Shown here in pieces: positions 25,840 through 33,634 of a stretch of 64,000 nt of DNA. Every line of letters begins with the position of its first letter. Within the stretch, counting starts at the first letter, position 1. The notes under the pieces are model-generated. The model saw nothing but the letters and a program-made list of their open reading frames with translations. It ran no database searches and was not told the DNA's origin. The DNA comes from Parcubacteria group bacterium Licking1014_17. GTDB taxonomy: Bacteria; Patescibacteriota; Minisyncoccia; 2-02-FULL-40-12; IGHO2-01-FULL-4-A. The position numbers were made by a program, and so were the translations under genes. The stretch covers positions 6,717-70,716 of the forward strand of contig VMGJ01000004.1 of assembly GCA_007376485.1 (NCBI GenBank), read 5' to 3'.

Positions 25840-25864
25840 AGCGGGTCAAATGGTGGAATTGACC
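25840..25864 (-). repeat. right copy of the 25-bp inverted repeat, 48 nt upstream of the RM start codon
   Basis: agcgggtcaaatggtggaattgacc = reverse complement of 20853-20877. Confidence 0.9.
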
Positions 25865-25879
25865 CACAACTACTTTTGC

Positions 25880-26175
25880 AACCCCGCCCAAGTTTCGCAG
25901 GGCAAAATTCAGAAGGGCGAGCCGGCTCTTTTGAGGGCTGTTGAAGTCGCCGGCAGCACGGTTTTGTCAACGACCGAGAGGACATTCTCACATTCTTGAG
26001 AATGTGAGAATGTCCTTGAATGTCTTGACAAATGCCAGCGACTTCACCAGATGGATTTTCTTCGCTGGAGAAAATCCAGTCCCGAAAAAGAGTTGGCAAG
26101 CCCGCATGCCGGATTTTTAAGTCGGGTATAGCAAACCCGCCCAAATTTTGCAGAGCAAAACTTCGGCGGGCAAAA
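25880..26175. repeat. hairpin-dense noncoding tract: perfect 16-bp-stem hairpin (25980-26015) nested in a longer palindrome (25964-26031), second hairpin (26053-26077), and two divergent copies of a ~45-nt hairpin motif (25880-25925; 26132-26175)
   Basis: ggacattctcacattc-ttga-gaatgtgagaatgtcc; ttgtcaa...ttgacaa; ggattttc...gaaaatcc; accccgcccaagtttcgcagggcaaaa vs aacccgcccaaattttgcagagcaaaa. Confidence 0.8.
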
Positions 26176-26305
26176 CTATCAACAATTTATCCTCTTTATT
26201 GTTGACCTGCGCGCTCTTGGTTGCTACATCTGCTTAATACTAACGTTGTTGAAAACCAAAACGCGGATTCCTGTTAGAATGTATTAGGTAATAAAATAAA
26301 TATTC

Positions 26306-28015
26306 ATGCCTGACGGCAAACAAGCGACAAATCAATCTCCGATTACGCCGGTCCAGACCGGCAAGGAGCAGGAATTGGAGGCAAAATTGGGTGAAATTCA
26401 GGCTAAACACCTTGAAGAAGAGGCAATATTGAGGTCGCAGAAGTCCGGCGTGCCGTATATAGACCTGAAAACTTTCCCGGTTGATACCGGCACCGTGGCA
26501 ATGATTGACGAAGAAGCGGCGCGCAGAGCCAAAGTCGCCGCCGTCGCCAGCAAAGCCGGAGTTATGAGCATCGTTGTAAACGACCCCGACAACCCGGAAG
26601 CGAAATCAATCATTAAGTCATTTGAAGACAGAGGCCTTGTCTGCAAGGTTTTTGTGGTTTCTGAAATCGGGCTCGCGAAAGCCTGGGCCAGATACAAATA
26701 CGCCAAAGAAAGAAAAGCGGAGGTGAGCGGAATGGTAAAAATTGACGAGTCGGCCATTGACGCCCTCGAACAACAAATCAATAGTTTAAAAGACCTCAAA
26801 GACAGGATTGTATCCATATCAATCACGCAACTGCTTGATATGCTCATCGCCGGCGCGTTAAAAATAAACGCCTCCGACATCCATTTTGAAGCGAAAGAAA
26901 CAAACATCCGTTTGCGGTACCGCCTGGACGGTATGCTTACGGACGTGGTTGATTTTTCGCCAACCGGTTATCCGAATTTGCTCAGCAGAATAAAACTTGT
27001 TTCGGGCATGAAGCTTAATATCCACGACAAGCCACAGGACGGACGCTTCACCATTAGGCGCAAGGATTTGGATATTGAAGTGCGTGTTTCGATTCTCCCC
27101 GGACCTAACGGCGAGAATATCGTGATGCGCATACTCGACCCCCGGACTATCCAGCAAAATCTGGAAGATATGGGCATGCGCCCGGACACATTGAGAACAA
27201 TGAACGAAATGCTCAAAAAAACGACCGGCTCAATACTCACCACGGGGCCAACTGGTTCGGGCAAGACCACGACTTTATACGCGTTCATCAGAAAAATAAA
27301 CGCTCCCGATTTGAAAATAATCACCATTGAAGACCCGGTTGAATATCACGTAAAAGGAGTTCAGCAAACCCAGGTGGACCCGGAAGCCGGCTACACATTC
27401 GCTAATGGTCTCCGTGCCATCGTCAGACAGGACCCAGATGTTATATTGGTCGGCGAAATCAGGGACAAAGAAACCGCCGATATCGCCATGCAGGCGGCGC
27501 TTACTGGCCATCTGGTTTTTTCGACGATCCACACGAACAGCGCTGCCGGCACCGTTCCTCGCCTAATCGACTTAGGCGTGAGACCCCAAACCATAGGACC
27601 AGCAGTAAACGCTATGATGGCCCAGCGGCTTTTAAGGCGCCTTTGCTCGAAATGTAAGAAAAAACAGCTTATTAAAAAAGAGGATTACGATTTATTGAAA
27701 AAATATCTGACCGATGTCCCCATGGAAATCATAAAAGAGATTGATATCCCCAAAATAAGCGAAAATATGGAGATATATTACCCGGCTGGCTGCGCCGAAT
27801 GCAATGACACCGGCTATAAAGGCAGAGTGGGAGTTTACGAAATAATATTAATGGACAAGGATTTGGATAAATTAATTGCCCAGATGCCGTCAATTTCGCA
27901 GGTCGAAGAATTAGCGGTTAAAAAAGGAATGATATCTTTATTAAAAGACGGTTTCTTGAGGGTTTTGTCCGGAATAACATCCGTAGAGGAAGTATTAAGA
28001 ATTATAGGCGAATAA
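26306..28015 (+). CDS. type II/IV secretion-family assembly ATPase (PilB/GspE-like)
   Basis: 569 aa; GspE N-terminal domain, Walker A GPTGSGKTTTL, Asp and His boxes, C-terminal tetracysteine CSKC...CAEC. Confidence 0.85.
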   Translation: MPDGKQATNQSPITPVQTGKEQELEAKLGEIQAKHLEEEAILRSQKSGVPYIDLKTFPVDTGTVAMIDEEAARRAKVAAVASKAGVMSIVVNDPDNPEAKSIIKSFEDRGLVCKVFVVSEIGLAKAWARYKYAKERKAEVSGMVKIDESAIDALEQQINSLKDLKDRIVSISITQLLDMLIAGALKINASDIHFEAKETNIRLRYRLDGMLTDVVDFSPTGYPNLLSRIKLVSGMKLNIHDKPQDGRFTIRRKDLDIEVRVSILPGPNGENIVMRILDPRTIQQNLEDMGMRPDTLRTMNEMLKKTTGSILTTGPTGSGKTTTLYAFIRKINAPDLKIITIEDPVEYHVKGVQQTQVDPEAGYTFANGLRAIVRQDPDVILVGEIRDKETADIAMQAALTGHLVFSTIHTNSAAGTVPRLIDLGVRPQTIGPAVNAMMAQRLLRRLCSKCKKKQLIKKEDYDLLKKYLTDVPMEIIKEIDIPKISENMEIYYPAGCAECNDTGYKGRVGVYEIILMDKDLDKLIAQMPSISQVEELAVKKGMISLLKDGFLRVLSGITSVEEVLRIIGE

Positions 28016-28180
28016 AACCACCATAACCTGTAGGCAATAGCCGAGACGTTGGAGTCTGGGGTTAGAGTAATCCCGAGGTATACCCCAGTTAAAAACCGAG
28101 ATACCCATCTGCGAAAATACTCCTTTGAGGCAGTCCCGCGAAGGAAGACCTCAATTGCCTACAGATTGCGGTGGTTTTTT
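28016..28180 (+). ncRNA. candidate ~165-nt structured RNA (long closing stem ctgtaggcaat/attgcctacag plus internal ctgggg/ccccag stem, ends in T-run); could be a 6S-like RNA or an elaborate terminator
   Basis: Seen directly between pilB-like stop and ruvB start; 11-bp perfect long-range complementarity 28028-28038 vs 28154-28164, then ggtggtttttt. Confidence 0.35.
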
Positions 28181-28241
28181 AATAAATAAACCCCTATACT
28201 TCAGATACTAAGGGATTACCTTAATATTAAACCAAAGCGCC

Positions 28242-29288
28242 ATGAATGTCAAGACTACAAAAACCAAGCCCAAAAGGGAGGTTACGAGGGAAATCTCCAG
28301 CGATGACGACAAAGTTTTGGATCTGGCGCTGCGCCCGACGAGCTTCAAGGAATACATAGGACAGGCAAAAACCAAGGAAAATCTGTCAATTCTTATAGGC
28401 GCGGCGGCAAAACGCAGGGAATCCCTCGAACACATACTGATCCACGGTCCATCGGGTCTCGGAAAGACAACTCTTGCGTATATAATAGCCAAAGAATTCG
28501 GAGCCGGCATTAGAATAACTTCCGGCACCGCCTTAGAAAAAGCCGGAGACATAGGGTCAATTCTTACCGGGCTGTCAAACGGCGATTTTTTGTTTATAGA
28601 CGAGGTTCACAGGCTGAACAAAGCTGTGGAAGAAACCCTTTATCCGGCGATGGAGAATTACTGTCTGGATATTATTATCGGCAAAGGCAATTCAGCTAAA
28701 ACACTCCAGGTAAAACTGCCGCGGTTTACGCTTATAGCCGCCACAACCCGCATATCCCTGCTTACCAACCCATTCAGGGCGCGTTTCGGCGCCCAGTACA
28801 AACTGGATTACTATTCACTTGAAGAAATGACGGAGATATTAAAAAGATCGGCTCGCTTACTTAGAATAGACGTAACGCCGGGAGCGTTTGTTTCACTCGC
28901 GAAATCAGCCAGAGCCACGCCGAGAATCGCCAATCGCCTGCTCAAGCGGGTCAGGGACTATGCCCAAGTCCACAATATTGATAAAATAAGCGAGGGGGTG
29001 GTTCAGAAAACACTGGGAATGCTCGACATAGACGAAACGGGACTGGACGCGACCGACAGGAAGATTCTTCTTGTCATCCAGAATAACTTCAATGGCGGAC
29101 CTGTCGGATTAAAATCTGTCGCCGCCGCCATTGCCGAAGAAGAAGACACGATAGAAGATGTCTATGAGCCGTATCTGATGCAAATAGGATTCATATCCCG
29201 GACCGCGAGGGGCCGCGTAATAACCGAGCCGGGCAAGGCGCACATCGGCGCCGCCCTTACCAAAAATAAACAAGGAACTCTTGTTTGA
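28242..29288 (+). CDS. ruvB: Holliday junction branch-migration helicase RuvB
   Basis: Walker A GPSGLGKTTLA, Walker B FIDEVHRL, sensor motifs, winged-helix C-terminus. Confidence 0.9.
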   Translation: MNVKTTKTKPKREVTREISSDDDKVLDLALRPTSFKEYIGQAKTKENLSILIGAAAKRRESLEHILIHGPSGLGKTTLAYIIAKEFGAGIRITSGTALEKAGDIGSILTGLSNGDFLFIDEVHRLNKAVEETLYPAMENYCLDIIIGKGNSAKTLQVKLPRFTLIAATTRISLLTNPFRARFGAQYKLDYYSLEEMTEILKRSARLLRIDVTPGAFVSLAKSARATPRIANRLLKRVRDYAQVHNIDKISEGVVQKTLGMLDIDETGLDATDRKILLVIQNNFNGGPVGLKSVAAAIAEEEDTIEDVYEPYLMQIGFISRTARGRVITEPGKAHIGAALTKNKQGTLV

Positions 29289-29568
29289 TGAAATGGACTA
29301 TATATTGGGCATCTTTAATTCTATAAATCTCGGGGTTGTTTTGTTTGTGCTCATCATCGGCGTTTATTCTTTTTTGTCATTTTTTATAATTTACCACCTG
29401 ATCAGATTCGGAACCGGCACTTTGCCGAAAATAACGGCTTTTGTATTTTTCGCTGGCGCGATTGTGTTGGTTATGATAGCCATTATCGCCTACGCGAAAC
29501 TTGATATGAGCTCCACCATTGAGCTGTTTAAAAAAGCCATGATAAAAACGCCTTTTTACCCAAGATAA
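29281..29568 (+). CDS. small 2-TM membrane protein
   Basis: ORF, hydrophobic helices. Confidence 0.4.
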   Translation: MFDEMDYILGIFNSINLGVVLFVLIIGVYSFLSFFIIYHLIRFGTGTLPKITAFVFFAGAIVLVMIAIIAYAKLDMSSTIELFKKAMIKTPFYPR

Positions 29569-29569
29569 A

Positions 29570-30148
29570 ATGAACTTGTCGGTATTTTCCAAAACCAAAA
29601 ACAGTTTTGAGGGAATGCGTCCTTACGAGAACGTGCTGCTGCTTCTCCGCCGCCATTGGTTTGTCATTCTAAGCACAATTGTGGCATACGCAATTCTTTT
29701 GGTTTTACCTTTTGTGCTTTATGTTTTTGTCGCCTATTACCTATCCCTGGCTCACTTGACCGGCTTGTATTGGCTTGCCGTCACGCTCTACCTTTTGTTT
29801 TGGTGGTACGGGCTTTTTTACGCGATAACCATGTACCTGCTTGACGTCTGGATAGTCACCGATCATCGCGTCATTGACAGCGAGCAAATTAAATTTTTTG
29901 ACAGGACGGTAGCCGAGCTTAATCTGTCTAAAATACAGGATATATCCCTAAAGGTGGAAGGGCTGATTCCCACATTCCTGAAATTCGGCGATCTGGAAAT
30001 CCAGACTGCCGGCGCCGAAGAAAAGTTTTTCTTCAGGCAAATCCCCAATCCCGGCGAAGTTAAGGATGTAATCTTTCACGCGTCAAACGAATACATGAGA
30101 CTGCACATAGGCAATATAGAAGTCCACGACAAGTCAACCACCCTGTGA
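29570..30148 (+). CDS. membrane protein with bacterial PH domain (bPH_2 / YdbS-YdbT-like, DUF304)
   Basis: Three TM helices then DVWIVTDHRVI...GDLEIQTAG...FRQIPNPGEV pattern. Confidence 0.5.
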   Translation: MNLSVFSKTKNSFEGMRPYENVLLLLRRHWFVILSTIVAYAILLVLPFVLYVFVAYYLSLAHLTGLYWLAVTLYLLFWWYGLFYAITMYLLDVWIVTDHRVIDSEQIKFFDRTVAELNLSKIQDISLKVEGLIPTFLKFGDLEIQTAGAEEKFFFRQIPNPGEVKDVIFHASNEYMRLHIGNIEVHDKSTTL

Positions 30149-30166
30149 TATTTTAAATATACGAAC

Positions 30167-30901
30167 ATGGCGTCTAAAAAAAGTTTAATAATTTTGATTT
30201 CGTTTGTTGCCGCGACGGCCGCGATTTGGTCGCTCGATATAAAAAACAAAACATCTCCGGATACAAAATCCGCTTCTTATCTGGCGCAGTTTCTCGAATA
30301 TTCAGGAGATACCCAGTCAAAATCGGAGATAAGCCAAATTGCCGACACAACGTCGCCGGATGCGAATCAGAAAAAAATTACGGGGACTGATATTATATCT
30401 CCAAATTCGGCGTTTGATTCCGCCCCGACCGTTATGGAAGCATCGGAGCGTGAATTTGTGAAATATTCACCAGTCACCACGCCAACGGCAACATTCAGCC
30501 CGGTGCCGACTCAAACCAAAGAACCTACACAAACAAAAACGCCAACTCCCGAACCGCCAACTAATTCTCCCGCGCCCGAACAAGCCGCAACGCCCATTCA
30601 ATCCATCACCATCACGGCTTATTCCGCTTCCATAAAACAAAAAGGGTCGGCGAATATTTCCATAAAAACCGAACTTAATTTAAATTGTTCGATAAAAGTC
30701 ACGCTTCCCAGCGGCTCCGTCTCAACGGCTAAAGGACTGGAAGACCAGCGGACGTCAGCCGATGGCACCGCCGGCTGGACATGGAAAATCAACTGGAACA
30801 CAAAAACCGGCACCGCCCATATTGACATCACTTGTAAAGACGACATTATGTCTTTATCACAATCAACAAGCACGACGTTCGAAATATTACCGTCAGATTA
30901 A
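30167..30901 (+). CDS. secreted hypothetical protein with PT-rich linker
   Basis: Signal peptide/TM; TPTATFSPVPTQTKEPTQTKTPTPEPPTNSPAPE. Confidence 0.5.
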   Translation: MASKKSLIILISFVAATAAIWSLDIKNKTSPDTKSASYLAQFLEYSGDTQSKSEISQIADTTSPDANQKKITGTDIISPNSAFDSAPTVMEASEREFVKYSPVTTPTATFSPVPTQTKEPTQTKTPTPEPPTNSPAPEQAATPIQSITITAYSASIKQKGSANISIKTELNLNCSIKVTLPSGSVSTAKGLEDQRTSADGTAGWTWKINWNTKTGTAHIDITCKDDIMSLSQSTSTTFEILPSD

Positions 30902-30917
30902 ATGTCTGATAATAAAT

Positions 30918-31628
30918 ATGTCCGGACACAGCAAATGGAGCCAGATTAAGCACAAAAAGGGCGTCAGCGACCAAAAAAGGGGGCAATTATTCAGTAAAAT
31001 ATCCAGACTAATCACTGTCGCCGCCAAAGACGGAGACGATCCGTCGGCTAACGCGCGCCTTCAGGACGCGATTGAACAAGCCCGAGTGGCAAATGTCCCG
31101 AAGGAAAATATAGAAAGAGCCATAAAAAGAGCCCGGGAAAAAGAAAGCGCCGCCCTGAATGAAATGATTATCCAGGCGACCGGCCCCCAATCCATCGCTT
31201 TAATAATAAAAGCCATTACCGACAATAAAAACCGGACTATAAACGAGATTAAGGGCACTCTTTCGGAAAATGGATTCAAAGTGGCGAATGAAGGTTCGTT
31301 GGATTGGCTTTTTGAAAAAAAAGCCGTTATCGCCGTGAGCGGCCAATTTAACGAGGATTTGGAACTGGGCGCTATCGAAAACGGCGCCGATGATATTAAA
31401 AAAGAAGATGAGTTGATTATTATAACCGGAAAATCCGGCTTATTGCATCAATTGCAAAACTTTCTCAAATCCAAGGGGGTCCATATAGAATCCGCTGAAA
31501 TTGGTTACGTGCCTAAAGATAAAATTACCGTTTCCGACGATAAAGTGGCGGCTGCTCTGGATAAAGTATACGAATCGCTGGATAACCATAACGATGTGGA
31601 CAGTGTTTATACAAATACGTCCAACTGA
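30918..31628 (+). CDS. yebC: YebC/PmpR-family probable transcriptional regulator
   Basis: Starts MSGHSKWSQIKHKKG (canonical YebC N-terminus); the longer track ORF 30762.. is an artefactual N-terminal extension. Confidence 0.85.
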   Translation: MSGHSKWSQIKHKKGVSDQKRGQLFSKISRLITVAAKDGDDPSANARLQDAIEQARVANVPKENIERAIKRAREKESAALNEMIIQATGPQSIALIIKAITDNKNRTINEIKGTLSENGFKVANEGSLDWLFEKKAVIAVSGQFNEDLELGAIENGADDIKKEDELIIITGKSGLLHQLQNFLKSKGVHIESAEIGYVPKDKITVSDDKVAAALDKVYESLDNHNDVDSVYTNTSN

Positions 31629-31637
31629 TAAATTTTT

Positions 31638-32108
31638 ATGAAAGTGCTTGGCATTGATCCGGGAACATCCCTACTGGGTTACGGCATCATCGAAGTCAAA
31701 CAAGGAACTTATAGAGCTCTGGAGTTTGGTGTTTTCCGCACGCCGCCGAAAATAAAAAACACCGACCGGTCGTTACTGATATATAATTTCTTCATCAACT
31801 TGGTGAGAAAACATCAGCCGGACAGAATCGCGCTGGAAAAATTGTATTTCGCAAAAAACATCACAACCGCCATGGGAGTCAGTGAAATAAGAGGCGTCTT
31901 GGTGTTGATATCGGCGATGCAAAAAACCGACCTGCACGAATACACGCCCCTTCAGGTGAAACAGGCGGTTTCCAGTTACGGCCGAGCCGGCAAGCCTCAA
32001 GTCCAAGCCATGGTCAAACTGATACTCGGTCTTGATAAAATCCCGAAGCCCGACGACGCCGCCGACGCGTTGGCTATTGCAATCTGTTGCGCGAATAATA
32101 TAGTATAA
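31638..32108 (+). CDS. ruvC: Holliday junction resolvase RuvC
   Basis: MKVLGIDPGTSLLGYGIIE catalytic Asp region; 156 aa. Confidence 0.85.
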   Translation: MKVLGIDPGTSLLGYGIIEVKQGTYRALEFGVFRTPPKIKNTDRSLLIYNFFINLVRKHQPDRIALEKLYFAKNITTAMGVSEIRGVLVLISAMQKTDLHEYTPLQVKQAVSSYGRAGKPQVQAMVKLILGLDKIPKPDDAADALAIAICCANNIV

Positions 32109-32187
32109 GCGTATTAAACTCGTCTTTTTTACCGCTAGCCCGGCAGTTTTGCGAAAACACCGGCTATAGGCATAAAAGATAAGCATA

Positions 32188-32331
32188 ATGAAATACGAAA
32201 AAGAGCTTCTGTTAAAAAAGAAAGAAGAAGGCGAGGAGGAAGATGAGGGAGCGACAGATACAGTAGAAAAAACAGAAGACGAAGAAATTGACGAAGAGGA
32301 GGAGACTAAAGAAGGCGGAGAGAATATATAA
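32188..32331 (+). CDS. possible small highly acidic peptide (47 aa, E/D/K-rich)
   Basis: ATG..TAA frame read manually; ends at a bidirectional terminator; no homology inference. Confidence 0.2.
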   Translation: MKYEKELLLKKKEEGEEEDEGATDTVEKTEDEEIDEEEETKEGGENI

Positions 32332-32350
32332 TATAAGAGATTCCAAACTA

Positions 32351-32381
32351 AAACCCCGCTCCGGCGGGGTCTTAGTTTTTT
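32351..32381. terminator. bidirectional rho-independent terminator shared by tyrS (-) and the small acidic ORF (+)
   Basis: aaaccccgc-tccg-gcggggtcttagtttttt. Confidence 0.6.
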
Positions 32382-33585
32382 ACGATATCCTTATATATCT
32401 TCTCACTCCCACTTTCATTACATCACCCGGGTTAATTTCTCTGTCCCATTTTTTTTCAACCGAACCATTGATAGCTACCGCACCCTGACCAATTAATCTT
32501 TTGGCTTCAGATTTGGATTTAGCTAGCCCCGAGTCAACCATTACATCCACCAAATCAGTATTGCCTTTTAATTTATACTCCCCAATATCCTCCGGCAATT
32601 TTTTCTGGCTGAATACCCTTTCAAATTCTTCGCGGGCTTTCTTGGCTTCTTTTTCGCCGTGATACATCCTCACAAGTTCGGCGGCAAGCTCCAGTTTATA
32701 ATCTTTTGGGTTTTCCCCCTCGTTCATCCCCTTTTTAATTTCTTGGATGTGTTCCATCGGCACTTCGGTAGCGCATTCAAATATGGCCAGAATCATCTCG
32801 TCCGGGAAAGACATCACTTTGCCAAACATCTCGTTCGGCAGATCATTGAATGACACGAGATTACCCTCGGTTTTACTCATCTTCTTGCCGCTGACAGGGT
32901 CCTCTAGTAGTTTTGTCGCGAAAACCAGTTTTTCTCTTTTTTTGTGATTTTTTAAAAAATCTCTCCCGACTAACATATTAAAAGTCTGGTCTTTCCCACC
33001 CACTTCTCCATCAACATCAAGCGCAACCGAATCATATCCCTGCATAATTGGGTATAAAAACTCATGAACCCCGATGGGCTTCTTGTTTTTCATTCTCTTT
33101 TGAAACATATCTCTGGCAAGCATTTGCTGTACGGTTTCCTCCGAAGCCAGTCTAATGAAGTTATCTAGGTCCATTTTTTCATACCATTCGGCGTTGTGTC
33201 TTTTTTCTACCTTATCAGTATCAAGTATTTTAGATATCTGGTCCCAATATGTAGCCATATTTTTCCTAACCTGCTCCGCCGTCAGCTGTTTTCTCGCCGC
33301 GTCTTTGTCCGTAGGATCGCCTATACGCGCCGTAAAGTCCCCCATTAGAACGATGGGAATATGCCCCGCTTCATACAGCCTTTTTAAAAACAAAAGTACC
33401 ACTGAATGTCCGATGTGTATTTCTTTTCCGGTTGGGTCTATACCTAGATACACGCGGATTTTTTTTCCTGAAAGAAGAATTTTTTTGGCCTCTTCTTTCG
33501 ACGGATAAACCCGCTCTATACCGCGGCTAAGCAGCTCGTCTATCTTTTTTTCTTCCTCGTCTGTAAAAGCCATATTAACTAACAT
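32380..33585 (-). CDS. tyrS: tyrosyl-tRNA synthetase
   Basis: HIGH (HIGHSV), KMSKT (KMSKTEGN), C-terminal S4 domain. Confidence 0.85.
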   Translation of the reverse strand: MLVNMAFTDEEEKKIDELLSRGIERVYPSKEEAKKILLSGKKIRVYLGIDPTGKEIHIGHSVVLLFLKRLYEAGHIPIVLMGDFTARIGDPTDKDAARKQLTAEQVRKNMATYWDQISKILDTDKVEKRHNAEWYEKMDLDNFIRLASEETVQQMLARDMFQKRMKNKKPIGVHEFLYPIMQGYDSVALDVDGEVGGKDQTFNMLVGRDFLKNHKKREKLVFATKLLEDPVSGKKMSKTEGNLVSFNDLPNEMFGKVMSFPDEMILAIFECATEVPMEHIQEIKKGMNEGENPKDYKLELAAELVRMYHGEKEAKKAREEFERVFSQKKLPEDIGEYKLKGNTDLVDVMVDSGLAKSKSEAKRLIGQGAVAINGSVEKKWDREINPGDVMKVGVRRYIRIS

Positions 33586-33634
33586 ATTACCACTTAAAAA
33601 AAATAATATCTACCCTTGAAATCCCGCCATTATT

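Noticed and set aside
20853-25864. Possibility that the 25-bp inverted repeat pair is a chance match
   Set aside because: A perfect 25-mer reverse-complement match has an expected frequency of ~1e-6 in a 64-kb window, and the copies sit exactly at the operon boundaries.
30762-30917. N-terminal 52-aa extension of the yebC ORF in the track (start at 30762)
   Set aside because: Canonical YebC N-terminus MSGHSKW begins at 30918; the extension overlaps the preceding gene and has no conservation pattern.
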